The notes: a model not told the origin generated them from the sequence alone. DNA of 64,000 nucleotides from Thermodesulfobacteriota bacterium (GCA_965223335.1 OZ244991.1:1088001-1152000), one strand, 5' to 3'. Counted from the stretch's first letter, positions 19,740-30,761 are shown. Numbers and translations are program-made.

Positions 19740-21344
19740 TTAATCGAGTGTGAATAGATACTCGTTATTTTTCCAGACTATGTGTTTTTCCCATTCCTCC
19801 ATCTGCTCGGGGAACTCCTCTCTTATGTGCGCGCCCCGGCTCTCCTCTCTTATCAATGCGGCGCTTGTGATCAATTTAGCAATCTCAAACATTGATTCTA
19901 GTTTTAGTCTTTCGGGCCCGCTAAGTTCATAGTCGGCTTTCTCAAGACTACTCAGCTCTTCTAGTGCATGCTCCAAATCGGATTTGTTTCTAACGATCCC
20001 GGTCTTTTGGTTCATTATACTTGCAATCCGGTACCGTACATCTGCCAATACACTTTTTTGATTGTTCTCTCTAGCGGATAACTCTACGGTGATTAAAGAT
20101 TCTAAATCATCCGTACTCTCTGTGGTTTTTTCATCAATGGTCTTGTCGATAGCTCTTTTTGCAAACACCATACACTCAAGCAGTGAATTGCTCGCAAGCC
20201 TGTTGGCACCGTGAACACCGGTGCATGTGACCTCGCCACAGGCATAGAGCCCGCCTAAATTCGTCTTGCCGTTAATCCCGGTTTTGACACCCCCTATCGT
20301 ATAGTGTGCCGCGGGTGTAACGGGTACGGGGTCTTTAGTAATATCGATCCCGAGCTCTAGACAGGCTATATATATATTTTGAAACCTTTCTTTAATATAT
20401 TCGGCATCCAGATGCTCAAGCCTTAGATACGCCGATTTAGCCCCCGATTCCAAGAGTTCTTTGTTAATTGACCTCGACACTATATCGCGCGGGGCTAGTT
20501 CCCCGAGCTCATGGTACTTATCCATGAACCTCCGGCCATTGTCGTCCACAAGGTGTGCCCCCTCGCCCCTTATTGCCTCGGTTATAAGAAAACTCGAGCC
20601 TGACTCAAGGTAAAGGGCTGTGGGATGGAACTGAATAAATTCCATATCCTTTATCTCTGCCCCTGCTTTATATGCCAGGTATATACCCTCGCCCACTGCA
20701 CCCGGCGGGTTGGTCGTTCTCTCGAATAATGCCGACGCTCCGCCCGAGGCAAGTATGGTGTGTTTAGCCTTAAACATAATATGTTTGTCTGTGGCACCGT
20801 CGTATGTTAATGCTCCATAGCAGTTGGAGCCGTCCGATAAGAGCTCTATTGCGGTAGTATCTTCGTGTATCTGGATTTTATCGTTTTCGTTAACAAACGT
20901 AATAAGAAAGCTGACTATACCTTTGCCCGTGGCACTCCCCCCGGCATGGAGGATTCGCCTCTTTGTGTGTCCCCCCTCGAGCCCTAGCTCAAGGCCTTCT
21001 GTACCTTCGTCGAATTCCATACCCTGATCTATAAGCTCGAGCACGCGATCCTTGCCCTCGCGCACCAATATGTCCACAGCCTTTTCGTTACAAAGGCCCG
21101 CACCGGCCACAATCGTGTCCTCAAAGTGGTGCCAGATAGAGTCCTCGGGGTCGAGTGCGGCTGCAATCCCGCCCTGTGCCCAGTACGAGTTGCTCTCTTT
21201 TATAGTGGATTTGGTAAGCATGGAAACTCGCCCGAAACGCGATGCATATTTCGATGCGTAGAGTCCGGCTAGGCCGCTGCCTATTACAAGGTAGTCGGTC
21301 TCTATTTCCACAATCTCAGCATTGTTAATGGAGTTTGGTGGCAT
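19740..21344 (-). CDS. nadB: L-aspartate oxidase
   Basis: IGSGLAG FAD motif, S.WAQGGIAA, EGGH, QFHPT, LAPRDIV, HGANRLASNSLLE; clustered with nadC and nadA. Confidence 0.95.
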   Translation of the reverse strand: MPPNSINNAEIVEIETDYLVIGSGLAGLYASKYASRFGRVSMLTKSTIKESNSYWAQGGIAAALDPEDSIWHHFEDTIVAGAGLCNEKAVDILVREGKDRVLELIDQGMEFDEGTEGLELGLEGGHTKRRILHAGGSATGKGIVSFLITFVNENDKIQIHEDTTAIELLSDGSNCYGALTYDGATDKHIMFKAKHTILASGGASALFERTTNPPGAVGEGIYLAYKAGAEIKDMEFIQFHPTALYLESGSSFLITEAIRGEGAHLVDDNGRRFMDKYHELGELAPRDIVSRSINKELLESGAKSAYLRLEHLDAEYIKERFQNIYIACLELGIDITKDPVPVTPAAHYTIGGVKTGINGKTNLGGLYACGEVTCTGVHGANRLASNSLLECMVFAKRAIDKTIDEKTTESTDDLESLITVELSARENNQKSVLADVRYRIASIMNQKTGIVRNKSDLEHALEELSSLEKADYELSGPERLKLESMFEIAKLITSAALIREESRGAHIREEFPEQMEEWEKHIVWKNNEYLFTLD

Positions 21345-21374
21345 TCTCTTGGTTGTCCGGAATAGCTAGAGTTG

Positions 21375-24026
21375 TTATAATTCGCCCGTGATTGCTTTGA
21401 ATAATTCGACTTTTATCTCGTCAATTTTTTCGGGGTCTTCGATTTTGTTCCCCTTCATATCGTTCACATAAAATGCATCTACCACCTGGTCTACCTTGGT
21501 AGAAATCTTAGCCGACTCAATCGATAGGTCGAGCTTTGTGATGGTTTTTGTAATGTCGTATAAAAGACCGTTCCTATCATATGTATAAACATCTATAACC
21601 GTAGAGATATCTGATGATTCGTTATCGACCTCGATCCTAGTGGGGTATAGAGGGATGTTTTTGTCGAATTTATGTTTAATTTTTTTGCGCTTAGCCATTA
21701 GTTTTTCCACATTGATTTTGCCGTCTACTACTCTTGTTAAGTTGCCCTCGAGTTTATCCCAAATCTCTTTATCATCGTGGGTCGATTTACCCAGGTGATT
21801 TACATAAAATACGTCGAGTATTCGCCCATCGGCTCTGGTCGTGATCCTCGCACCCAGTATGTTCAAGCCGTTTGCCCTAATAACTCCGCACAGTTTAGAA
21901 AATATCCCCGGGGCATCGAATCCCCAAAATGTAAACTCGTCGTATTGCTCGCGTTCGTGGAAGATCACATTCATCCCAATCTTGCCGTCTGAGTTTGCAA
22001 TCAGGTTAGTGTGTTGCGCAATCTTGCTGGGTGAGAACCGGGTAAAGTAAGACAAGGGCATCTTGTTTAGAGCAGCGTTAACCGCTTTTTTAGACACACT
22101 ACCCTTTAGGGTTTGATATACATCGTTTTTAATCCGTGTTTTCCGCTCTCTGGGCTTTTCCTTTTGGAACTCGCCCTTTTCCAATACGCTCGCAGTTCTT
22201 ACGAACAACTCCTTTAGCAGCATAGCTTTCCAGTTGGTCCAGACCTCGGGGCCTACCGAGCGGATGTCGGCATATGTAAGCAGATAGAGCAGACTGAGGG
22301 TTTCCAGTGTTTTAACCGAGCGCGCAAACCTAAGGATTAAGCTTATATCGTGGATATCCCGCCTTTGTGAAAAATGAGTCATGATGAGGTGGTGTTTTAC
22401 CAGGAACTCAAGCTGTTTGCTGTCCTCTTCCCTTAGCCCCATCCGCTTTGAGAGCTTGGGTATCATTGCAGCCCCCTTCTGTGCGTGGTTCCTGCCCTCG
22501 CCCTTGCCCATGTCATGGAATAGGCATGCGAGGAAAAGCACATCGCGTTTCATTAGGGACTCGGCAGTCTTTGTGAGCAGTGGGAGTTCCTTATCGTGTT
22601 TATAACGAAGCAGGTCTTCGATCTCGCGTATCATAAATATGGAGTGGATGTCTACAGTGAACACATGGTAGGCGTCGTGCTGTACCATGCACACTATCTT
22701 GCCGAACTCTGGGATAAAGTACCCGAGTAACCGAAGCCGGTTCATGTGGAGCAGGGTCTCGGCAACGTTCTTACCCTTTTTTAAGATGCGCAGGAACGAG
22801 GCGTTAAACTCCTTATTGGTCCTCACACTATCGTCAATCTGTGTCACATCCACTTTATCCCGTATGAGGTCGATGAGGTAGTTGCTCATCTTAATTTCCA
22901 GTTTGTCCGAGTATTCAAATGCCCGCATCAGATTGGCAATATCTTCGTTGAATATCTCTGCGTTTGTTACACTTAGCATATTGTCTTGTATGCAAAACCC
23001 AAAATTAAGCACTTTTATTTTGGGTTTAAACATTCTGAACCTGGCTTTCTCTGTGCACTTTTCTATCAACTTTTTAGAGAGTTCCGTTAGGTTGCTTCCT
23101 CTCAAGTAATAGAGTCTCATAAATCTCTCTACTGCGGGCAGCTCCGCGTCTTTAAATCCAAAGTATTGAGCTATTCTCTCCTGATACTCAAACCCCAGCC
23201 GGTCCTCGAGCCTATCAGCCAGGTAATGAAGTTCCGAGCGCACAAGTAATAGAAAATTTAGCCCTTTCTCAAAGGTGCCGAGGTCTTTTTCTATGATAAG
23301 CCCTTTTTCAAGCAGTTCTCTGAAACTCTTCACCTTGAATTTGGCTTGAGCGATCCAAAGCGCATAGTTTATCTCTCGTATCCCACCCTCTCCCTCTTTT
23401 ACATTGGGCTCAAGCAGGTAGACCGACCTCCCAAACCTCTCTATCCTCTTTTCGTTCTCCTCGATCTTTTTCTCGATAAATTTCCCCGAGTACTCGGGCA
23501 GAAGCTTTTTATATATCTTGTTGTCTAGTTTCTGGTACAGATTGTAGTCGCCGAACACGAACCTGCTGTCGAGTAGAGAGGACAGTATGGTTGTGTCTTC
23601 ATCCCTCGAGAGCTCTATGCATTCATCGATAGTTCGCACCGAGTGACCCACATCGAGGTTAAGATCCCACAACAGATAAAGAAGGCATTCGGTTGTGTTC
23701 TTGGCAAGTGTCTTGTTGTTGGTTTTATAGAGGAATAGAAGGTCTATATCGGAAAAGGGGCAGAGCTCGCTTCGCCCATAGCCACCCAAAGCGATAATGG
23801 CAACGTTTTTTAGCTCTGTTATCCCGCGTTTTTCAAACGAGTCTCTCACCAGCTCGTCCACGATCTCCGTGCGTTTCATTGCAAGGTACCCGCCCGTATG
23901 GGTTTTAGTCCTCTTAACCTTCTCCCCATGCAAACGGCGCAGTGCACTGCGTCTTCTAAGGAACCTTGATTTGATCTTGCTCAGCAGCTGGTCTTCGTTT
24001 TTAATAATTTTTTTAGCTGTACTCAT
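21375..24026 (-). CDS. glnD: PII uridylyltransferase/uridylyl-removing enzyme
   Basis: ALGGYGR.EL.P.SDIDL, EPNVKEG.GG.R, HD domain (YH.FTVD.H; FHDMGKG), two C-terminal ACT domains. Confidence 0.95.
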   Translation of the reverse strand: MSTAKKIIKNEDQLLSKIKSRFLRRRSALRRLHGEKVKRTKTHTGGYLAMKRTEIVDELVRDSFEKRGITELKNVAIIALGGYGRSELCPFSDIDLLFLYKTNNKTLAKNTTECLLYLLWDLNLDVGHSVRTIDECIELSRDEDTTILSSLLDSRFVFGDYNLYQKLDNKIYKKLLPEYSGKFIEKKIEENEKRIERFGRSVYLLEPNVKEGEGGIREINYALWIAQAKFKVKSFRELLEKGLIIEKDLGTFEKGLNFLLLVRSELHYLADRLEDRLGFEYQERIAQYFGFKDAELPAVERFMRLYYLRGSNLTELSKKLIEKCTEKARFRMFKPKIKVLNFGFCIQDNMLSVTNAEIFNEDIANLMRAFEYSDKLEIKMSNYLIDLIRDKVDVTQIDDSVRTNKEFNASFLRILKKGKNVAETLLHMNRLRLLGYFIPEFGKIVCMVQHDAYHVFTVDIHSIFMIREIEDLLRYKHDKELPLLTKTAESLMKRDVLFLACLFHDMGKGEGRNHAQKGAAMIPKLSKRMGLREEDSKQLEFLVKHHLIMTHFSQRRDIHDISLILRFARSVKTLETLSLLYLLTYADIRSVGPEVWTNWKAMLLKELFVRTASVLEKGEFQKEKPRERKTRIKNDVYQTLKGSVSKKAVNAALNKMPLSYFTRFSPSKIAQHTNLIANSDGKIGMNVIFHEREQYDEFTFWGFDAPGIFSKLCGVIRANGLNILGARITTRADGRILDVFYVNHLGKSTHDDKEIWDKLEGNLTRVVDGKINVEKLMAKRKKIKHKFDKNIPLYPTRIEVDNESSDISTVIDVYTYDRNGLLYDITKTITKLDLSIESAKISTKVDQVVDAFYVNDMKGNKIEDPEKIDEIKVELFKAITGEL

Positions 24027-24051
24027 TGTATTTACGCTTTATTATATCGGT

Positions 24052-24696
24052 CTAACTCTTCGATTTGATGCTTAATGATATACCATCGCGGAGAGGAATT
24101 ACAGATGTAAAAAACCCGTTGTGCGACAAAAGCTTATTGGTAAAATCCTTTACCCCCTGGGTTTCCTCAGATACTTGGGTATCCAGTATCCTGCCGAACC
24201 ACAAAACATTGTCCGATACGAGCAACCCACCTTTTTTAAGCCTGGGGAATGCCAGGTCGGGAACCGCGGGGTACTGATGTTTATCTATATCGTTAAATAT
24301 TATGTCATAGGTTTCATCCGAGGCCTTTATATAGTCGAGGGCGTTGCAGGTGATTATAGAAATTTTGTCCGAAACCCCGCCTTCCTTAAAAAACTTTTTT
24401 GCCAACTCGGTGTTTTCCCGGTCCGATTCCGTACATGTAACTGAGCCGTTTTCCCCAAGGGCCTTTGCAAACCAGTATGCCGAGTACCCAAACCCTGAAC
24501 CCAGCTCCAATATCTTTTCTGCCCCCGAGAGCTTAGCCAACTGATAGAAAAACCGGCCGACAAGTGGCCCTACTATTGGGAAATCTCTTTTTGCTGCAAG
24601 CTCTTCCATTTTCGATAGAACTTTGTCTGTACTCGGCAGTAACGAGTGTAGGTAATCTTCTATCTCAGGGTTTGTGATAAGCCTGTCTGTTTCCAT
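24052..24696 (-). CDS. SAM-dependent O-methyltransferase (caffeoyl-CoA OMT-like)
   Basis: ILELGSGFGYS, IF.D.DK..Y, DNVLW.G. Confidence 0.85.
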   Translation of the reverse strand: METDRLITNPEIEDYLHSLLPSTDKVLSKMEELAAKRDFPIVGPLVGRFFYQLAKLSGAEKILELGSGFGYSAYWFAKALGENGSVTCTESDRENTELAKKFFKEGGVSDKISIITCNALDYIKASDETYDIIFNDIDKHQYPAVPDLAFPRLKKGGLLVSDNVLWFGRILDTQVSEETQGVKDFTNKLLSHNGFFTSVIPLRDGISLSIKSKS

Positions 24697-24713
24697 ATTG
24701 AGTCGATGCGGGG

Positions 24714-25271
24714 TTATTTGCTAAAATCTACATAAGTCTCAGTGTTCTCACACAATTTGTTCTCAAACCTCGCCATAACAAATAAAAGATCCGAGAGCCT
24801 GTTCATATATTTAAGGACATTGTTCACAGCCCCCCCGGCCTCCTTAAGGGCAACTATTTTTCTCTCTGCGCGCCTAGATACTGCCCGGGCAAGGTGGAGG
24901 CTCGCACCCCCTGCGCTTCCCCCAGGGAGTATAAACTCTTTAAGCGGTTCTAACTGTTGTAATAGACCGTCTATACTATGCTCAAGGTCATCAATCCTGT
25001 TTTGTTCGATACGCGGTACGTCTAGCTCCTCAGGGCTTGCGAGGTCTGCACCTATGATGAATAGATCGTTTTGAATAGCAAGGATTAGACTGCGGAGGTT
25101 TTCGTCTTTGACTTGGGGGTATGCAATGCCCAGCACCGAGTTTAGCTCGTCCACGTCCCCATAAGCATCTACTCTGGACGATGCCTTACTTATTCTATCG
25201 CCCCCGACCAGAGAGGTCATCCCGGCATCGCCCGTACGGGTGTATACCTTGGTAATTCGCTTTTTAGACAT
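24714..25271 (-). CDS. PduO-type ATP:cob(I)alamin adenosyltransferase
   Basis: YTRTGD.G.T, AYGDVDELNS, FILPGG, R...RRAER, NRLSD.LF. Confidence 0.9.
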   Translation of the reverse strand: MSKKRITKVYTRTGDAGMTSLVGGDRISKASSRVDAYGDVDELNSVLGIAYPQVKDENLRSLILAIQNDLFIIGADLASPEELDVPRIEQNRIDDLEHSIDGLLQQLEPLKEFILPGGSAGGASLHLARAVSRRAERKIVALKEAGGAVNNVLKYMNRLSDLLFVMARFENKLCENTETYVDFSK

Positions 25272-25402
25272 CAATCAAGTCTAACAGATGGGTATTTATG
25301 GTTCAAACAATGGGGTTTTTGTGTACATTCTTGTATAAAACCTAAGATAGGCGAGTATAAGACCTTGGGCTCCCACTTATGAAACTACAATGGAGGTAAG
25401 TC

Positions 25403-25816
25403 ATGCTTGAACGATGGTACCTGTTTACATTGCTTGCAATTGTGCTTTTTGCATTCGGCAGTTTTTTTGGCAAGATAGCGTCCCTAAGAGATATTCCGTT
25501 TAGGGTCTATTTCTTCGAGGGTGTGGGGACGTTATGCGTGTTCAGCGCATTCGTTATATATAACAGAGCGACAATATTCAATAATTTCGAGGTCAATCTG
25601 CTGGCACTGCTGATGGGGCTATGCTGGGGTGTGGGGACGGTGCTCTTCATTGTAGCGCTCAAGTACGCAAAGCTCTCTGTGCTCGTTCCTCTGAGTGCCG
25701 TGTATCCTGCACTTACAGTGGTGCTCGCATTCGTGTTTTTGGGTGAGCGCTTGGGGCCGAGAGAGATGGCCGGTGTGGGTTTTGCAATACTCTCGGCTCT
25801 GCTATTGGCTAAGTAG
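25403..25816 (+). CDS. EamA/DMT family small membrane transporter
   Basis: About 5 TM segments; S..VPL...YP..TV.LA..FLGE motif. Confidence 0.8.
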   Translation: MLERWYLFTLLAIVLFAFGSFFGKIASLRDIPFRVYFFEGVGTLCVFSAFVIYNRATIFNNFEVNLLALLMGLCWGVGTVLFIVALKYAKLSVLVPLSAVYPALTVVLAFVFLGERLGPREMAGVGFAILSALLLAK

Positions 25817-25999
25817 TAGATGTGGGACAAGAGCAAATATCGTAATGACTTAATGTAAAACTGATATTTATATTGACCCAATCTTCCGGATTATCTCGAC
25901 TACGCCAAGCTGTTTGTTTACTCATTTAAGATTTCTATTGAAAACCTATTGACCCAGTCCTAAGAATATGTAAATATTTAATTTTATTTCGAGTGAGCT

Positions 26000-28408
26000 A
26001 TGAGATTCACATTAAACTGGTTAAGAGATTATGTAGATTTTGATCTAAGTCCCGAGCAACTTGCCGAGAGGCTTACAATGGCCGGGCTTGAGGTCGAGGC
26101 GGTTGAGTATCCGGGCCGGGGTCTAGACGACATAGTAGTGGCCCAAATCTCTGAGATGGGGCCACACCCTAACGCTGATAAGCTCACACTCTGTCGGGTG
26201 ACCGATGGCTACCAAGATTACAAGATAGTCTGCGGTGCTACGAACATGAAATCCGGCGACAAGGTAGCACTTGCAAAAATAGGTGCCAATCTGCCCCCGG
26301 GACCAAAATTTCCCGAGGGTTTAAAGATCAAAAAAGCCAAGATACGCGGCGAAGAGTCATTTGGGATGCTCTGTGCTGAGGACGAACTCAATATTGCAGA
26401 TGAATCCGACGGTATCATGATACTGTCCGAAGGTGCACGGCTTGGTAATGAGATTGCTGAGGAACTAGGGCTCGATGCCCCGATATTCGAGGTCGGCATA
26501 ACCCCCAACAGACCAGATTGTCTTAGCCTTATTGGTACGGCAAGAGAGGTTGCGGCCATTTTGGGCACAGAACTTAAGTACCCTAAATTAGAACTAATTG
26601 AATCCGATCAAGATATTAATGAGCTGGCAACTGTGGTTATAAAAGACACAAAAGGGTGCCCGAGGTACTCGTGCCGAGTGATACAAGGCATAACCATAGG
26701 CCCCTCGCCCGATTGGCTGAAAACTAGGGTAGAGTCGGCGGGTATAAGGTCGATTAACAACATAGTGGATGTGACCAACTTTGTGATGCTAGAGTACGGC
26801 CAGCCTCTACACGCCTTTGATTACGACCTCGTAGAGGGACACAAGATAATTGTCAGGACGGCAGACGAGGGCGAAACTCTACTTACTTTAGATGGCGAGA
26901 AAAGAACACTTTCGAGCGAGGATGTTTTAATATCTGACGGGTCCTGCCCTGTGGCATTAGCGGGTGTTATGGGAGGGGGCGAGACAGAGGTATCAGACAA
27001 TACGGTAAATGTTCTTATTGAGAGCGCATATTTCAACCCCACTAGCGTGCGTAAGACATCCAAGACCACGGGCCTAAGGTCCGAGTCTTCCTATCGCTTC
27101 GAGAGAGGTACCGATCCAAACGGTGTTGTCACTGCGCTCGACAGGGCCGCAATGCTTATGAACCAGGTTGCGGGGGGCACGGTAGCAAAAGGTGCTGTGG
27201 ACATCTACCCCGAAACCATCACACAAAGTGTTGTAACTTTATCTGTAGATAGAACAAACGATGTTCTAGGAACAGAGCTTGATCCTGAAACCGTTACCAC
27301 AATACTTAGCGGCATCGGCATAGACACAAAAGAGCTTGGTCCTGGTCAAATAGAGTGTACCGTACCCACTTTCAGAGTGGATATAACCCGCCAGATCGAT
27401 CTTATAGAAGAGGTTGCAAGGCTCTATGGATACGACAATATTAGTACCACGTTACCTCGGGTTGAGATGAACACCGAGACACCCGAGAGCCGCACTGTGG
27501 TCGAGGAGTCGTTTAGGCAGCAGCTTATAAGAAACGGGTTTTTAGAGGTTATAAACTATAGCTTCGAGGGCCCTCAGCTACTCGGTATCTTCGACGATGT
27601 GCGCCATGTCGAGATAATGAACCCTATAAGTCAAGATAGCTCGCTTATGAGGACCAGCCTTTTCCCGAGCCTGCTAAAAAACATTACGTACAACCTAAAC
27701 CACCAGGCCGAGGACTTAAGAATTTTTGAAATCGGTCATGTATATATTCCAGAGCAGAGCGAGCTCCCGAGGGAGACCAAACGCTTAGCGGCAGCGGCAA
27801 CCGGAAGAAGGGCCCCTGAGCTATGGAGCAAAGAGAACATTGACTTTTTTGATATGAAGGCTGTTTTTAGCGGGGCCTTGGGCGAGCGCTTATTGTCTGA
27901 TACAGTCGAGTTTCAAAGTGCCTCGGATATTGGCTACTTACACCCGGGGCAATCGGCACGAATAACAGTGAAAGGCAAAGAGATCGGCGTAATAGGTGAA
28001 CTGCATCCCGAAATCTTAGAGAAATTAGATGTGGCAAAACGAGTCTATATTTTCGAGGTTGATATAAATAGCATTGTGTTTTATTACGATAAAACGCAAA
28101 AATCATTCCAGTCCATCCCACGTTATCCATCTGTCAGACGAGATATCTCGATAGTTGTGGACGAGGGTATTGATGCAGGTAGTATTGTAAATGAAATCAG
28201 GAACATAGATAATAAGTTAATAGAAGATGTAACTGTGTTTGATGTATTTCACGGGGGTTCGATGACCGTGGGTAAAAAGAGTGTTGCACTTAGCCTTCAT
28301 ATAAGGTCGGTGGACAGGACACTTACCGATACGGAAATAAATGAGGTACAAGAAAAAGCTTTAAATAAATTACAATTGGCTCTTGGAGCTGAATTGCGTA
28401 CAATATAG
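26000..28408 (+). CDS. pheT: Phenylalanine--tRNA ligase beta subunit
   Basis: LTMAGLEVE, HPNADKL, TPNRPDCLS, DVTNFVMLEYGQPLHAFD, RFERG, DLIEEVARLYGY, FDX-ACB tail. Confidence 0.97.
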   Translation: MRFTLNWLRDYVDFDLSPEQLAERLTMAGLEVEAVEYPGRGLDDIVVAQISEMGPHPNADKLTLCRVTDGYQDYKIVCGATNMKSGDKVALAKIGANLPPGPKFPEGLKIKKAKIRGEESFGMLCAEDELNIADESDGIMILSEGARLGNEIAEELGLDAPIFEVGITPNRPDCLSLIGTAREVAAILGTELKYPKLELIESDQDINELATVVIKDTKGCPRYSCRVIQGITIGPSPDWLKTRVESAGIRSINNIVDVTNFVMLEYGQPLHAFDYDLVEGHKIIVRTADEGETLLTLDGEKRTLSSEDVLISDGSCPVALAGVMGGGETEVSDNTVNVLIESAYFNPTSVRKTSKTTGLRSESSYRFERGTDPNGVVTALDRAAMLMNQVAGGTVAKGAVDIYPETITQSVVTLSVDRTNDVLGTELDPETVTTILSGIGIDTKELGPGQIECTVPTFRVDITRQIDLIEEVARLYGYDNISTTLPRVEMNTETPESRTVVEESFRQQLIRNGFLEVINYSFEGPQLLGIFDDVRHVEIMNPISQDSSLMRTSLFPSLLKNITYNLNHQAEDLRIFEIGHVYIPEQSELPRETKRLAAAATGRRAPELWSKENIDFFDMKAVFSGALGERLLSDTVEFQSASDIGYLHPGQSARITVKGKEIGVIGELHPEILEKLDVAKRVYIFEVDINSIVFYYDKTQKSFQSIPRYPSVRRDISIVVDEGIDAGSIVNEIRNIDNKLIEDVTVFDVFHGGSMTVGKKSVALSLHIRSVDRTLTDTEINEVQEKALNKLQLALGAELRTI

Positions 28409-28421
28409 GAGAGGTCGGAAA

Positions 28422-28706
28422 ATGACGAAGAAAGAATTAGCAGATGTAATCCATACAAAAATTGGGCTTTCTAAACGGGAGTCCGCAGAAATCGTAGAGT
28501 TCTTTTTCGAACTAGCCAAACAGAAGCTCAGTACCGGCGAGGGTGTCAAACTACCCAGGTTCGGCAGTTTTAAAGTGCAGGAGAGAAAGGCCAGAAAGGG
28601 TAGAAACCCTGCTACGGGTGAGACAATTGAGATAGCGGAAAGAAAAGCCGTAGTGTTTAAACCCAGCAGGTTTTTGCGCGATGCAATTGATCATAAAGCA
28701 AGTTGA
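28422..28706 (+). CDS. ihfA: Integration host factor alpha subunit
   Basis: MTK.EL, FGSF.V..RKAR.GRNP.TGE, VFKPS; conserved position after pheT. Confidence 0.85.
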   Translation: MTKKELADVIHTKIGLSKRESAEIVEFFFELAKQKLSTGEGVKLPRFGSFKVQERKARKGRNPATGETIEIAERKAVVFKPSRFLRDAIDHKAS

Positions 28707-28709
28707 TGC

Positions 28710-29375
28710 ATGAAATTTCTCATTAGTTCTTTCAGGCAGAATTTTCTTACCGGTATACTTGTAACCGCACCGTTTGGTTTAACTATATTCATTCTGTTTA
28801 AGCTCGGCAGATGGATTATAAGCCTTGTGAGCGCTGCCCCGGCTAAATATATAAGCCCGCTCTCGGATCTACCCCAGACCCTTTTCCAAGTCACCACATT
28901 TACTATCGGTTTAGTCGGCACATTAATTATTCTTCTTATAGCGGGTGCTATAGCCAGAAACTTCATTGGCAGTAAATTGGTTGGATTCGGCGAGGGCCTC
29001 ATAAGCAGGATCCCACTGGCGCGTACCATTTATATTGCGACCAAGCAGGTGATTGAGACTCTGTTTCTGGGCAAGGGGATGAAGAACTTAAAGAGGGTGG
29101 CACTGATTCAGTACCCGAGACAGGGGGTGTACTCACTGGGATTTATAACGGGGAGCCTGAACGAGGGCGAGAATCATAATGCATCGGGCCAAAAGCTGGT
29201 GAGCATTTTTGTACCAACTACCCCCAACCCCACTAGCGGTTATTATATAATGCTCCCAGAGGACGATGTACAAGAGCTTTCAATCACGGTTGAAGACGCG
29301 TTTAGAATCATAATGTCTGCGGGCCTTGCCGCTAATCAAGTCGAAGATGCTAATCAGGGTGAAACAAACAATTGA
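28710..29375 (+). CDS. DUF502 family membrane protein
   Basis: IP..R.IY...KQ, V.L..YPR.G.Y..GF.T, FVPTTPNPTSG. Confidence 0.9.
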   Translation: MKFLISSFRQNFLTGILVTAPFGLTIFILFKLGRWIISLVSAAPAKYISPLSDLPQTLFQVTTFTIGLVGTLIILLIAGAIARNFIGSKLVGFGEGLISRIPLARTIYIATKQVIETLFLGKGMKNLKRVALIQYPRQGVYSLGFITGSLNEGENHNASGQKLVSIFVPTTPNPTSGYYIMLPEDDVQELSITVEDAFRIIMSAGLAANQVEDANQGETNN

Positions 29376-30723
29376 GCAGCACCAAATGCTTAACCCTGGC
29401 GATAAGGTTGTGTTGGGTGTCTCGGGCGGTGCGGACTCAATCGGTCTACTACACATTTTACTGGAACTCACGGAATACAATCTACACCCTATAGTTGCTC
29501 ATCTGAACCATGGCATCAGGGGCGAGGAAGCCCAGAGGGATGCGGCCTTTGTAGAGGGAGTTTGTAAGACCCTTTGCCTACCGTTCGAACTAAAAACCGT
29601 CGATACTCTAAGTTTTAAAGAAGGCTATAAACTCTCGCTCGAAGAGGCTGCTCGAGTGCTTAGGTACAACTTTTTTTATGAGCTTATGGACAAGCACAAG
29701 GCTCAAAAGATTGCCACAGCACACACACTCGACGACCAGGCCGAAACTGTTTTAATCAGACTGCTTCGCGGCTCGGGCCCCCGTGGTCTCTCTGCGATAA
29801 ACCCCGTTGTTAACAAAACCATAATAAGACCCCTAATAGATACACGCAGGTCCGAGATAACGGACTATTTGAGCACTCGCGATATCCAATGGGTTGAAGA
29901 CTCGACCAATGAAGACACCTCTATTCTCAGAAACAGGATTAGAAAAGAGCTTGTGCCTGTGCTTGAGAGCTACAATCCCAGGATCAAAGAGGGATTGTGC
30001 AGGTTGGCTCTGCTCTCGGGCTACGACTATGATTATTTAGAGAGCGAGGCTACCAAGCTTTTTCCTAGTGTATGGACGGTAAGAGAAAGTGGTTTAGAGG
30101 GCGAGCTTCGCCGCTACTCCGAGTTGCCCCCTGCTCTAAGACTCGCTCTACTTAGAAAGGGGATGGAAAATTATAAAGGTGACCTAAGAAATATATCTGC
30201 TTCTCAGATACTTTCAGCTGATGAATTATTACTCTCCGACACGCCTTCTGGTACTAGTGAGTTCGCAGAGGGGATCACCATAGAAAAGGGGTATGACCGG
30301 TTTCTTTTGTCTTCGAAAAATGCTCTGGGAGGGGAGTTTACTCATATAATAGACGGGGTCGGTCATTGGGAGTTTCCCAATTTATCGGTTGAGATCATCA
30401 AACACTCAGATCCCTCGGTTATTTCAGAGGATCTGTACACAGCTGATTTTGACAGCGCATTAGTTAATTTCCCCCTAACAGTGAGGAACCTAAGAGAAGG
30501 CGACAGGTTTGTGCCGCTTGGTATGAGTGGTACAAAAAAACTGCAAGACTATTTCGTGGACAGCAAAATTCCGCGGTACAAAAGAGCGAGAATCCCCATT
30601 TTTCAATCCGGTGGGGATATTATTTGGATAGGAGGGCACAGGATGGATGACAGGTATAAAGTAAGCCCAGATACAAAAGAAGTTTTACGGATACAGATCA
30701 AAAAAACTGGGGAATTCGACTAA
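29347..30723 (+). CDS. tilS: tRNA(Ile)-lysidine synthetase
   Basis: SGGADS PP-loop, HLNHG.R, E..AR..RY, TAH..DDQAET, RN.IR. Confidence 0.95.
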   Translation: MLIRVKQTIEQHQMLNPGDKVVLGVSGGADSIGLLHILLELTEYNLHPIVAHLNHGIRGEEAQRDAAFVEGVCKTLCLPFELKTVDTLSFKEGYKLSLEEAARVLRYNFFYELMDKHKAQKIATAHTLDDQAETVLIRLLRGSGPRGLSAINPVVNKTIIRPLIDTRRSEITDYLSTRDIQWVEDSTNEDTSILRNRIRKELVPVLESYNPRIKEGLCRLALLSGYDYDYLESEATKLFPSVWTVRESGLEGELRRYSELPPALRLALLRKGMENYKGDLRNISASQILSADELLLSDTPSGTSEFAEGITIEKGYDRFLLSSKNALGGEFTHIIDGVGHWEFPNLSVEIIKHSDPSVISEDLYTADFDSALVNFPLTVRNLREGDRFVPLGMSGTKKLQDYFVDSKIPRYKRARIPIFQSGGDIIWIGGHRMDDRYKVSPDTKEVLRIQIKKTGEFD

Positions 30724-30736
30724 CCGTCGTCTTGTA

Positions 30737-30761
30737 AATCTCGGTAATAATTACCGAGATT
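30737..30761. promoter_or_regulatory. 12-bp perfect inverted repeat upstream of the hybrid kinase (operator or hairpin)
   Basis: AATCTCGGTAAT-A-ATTACCGAGATT, followed by extended -10-like TGATATAAT. Confidence 0.5.
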
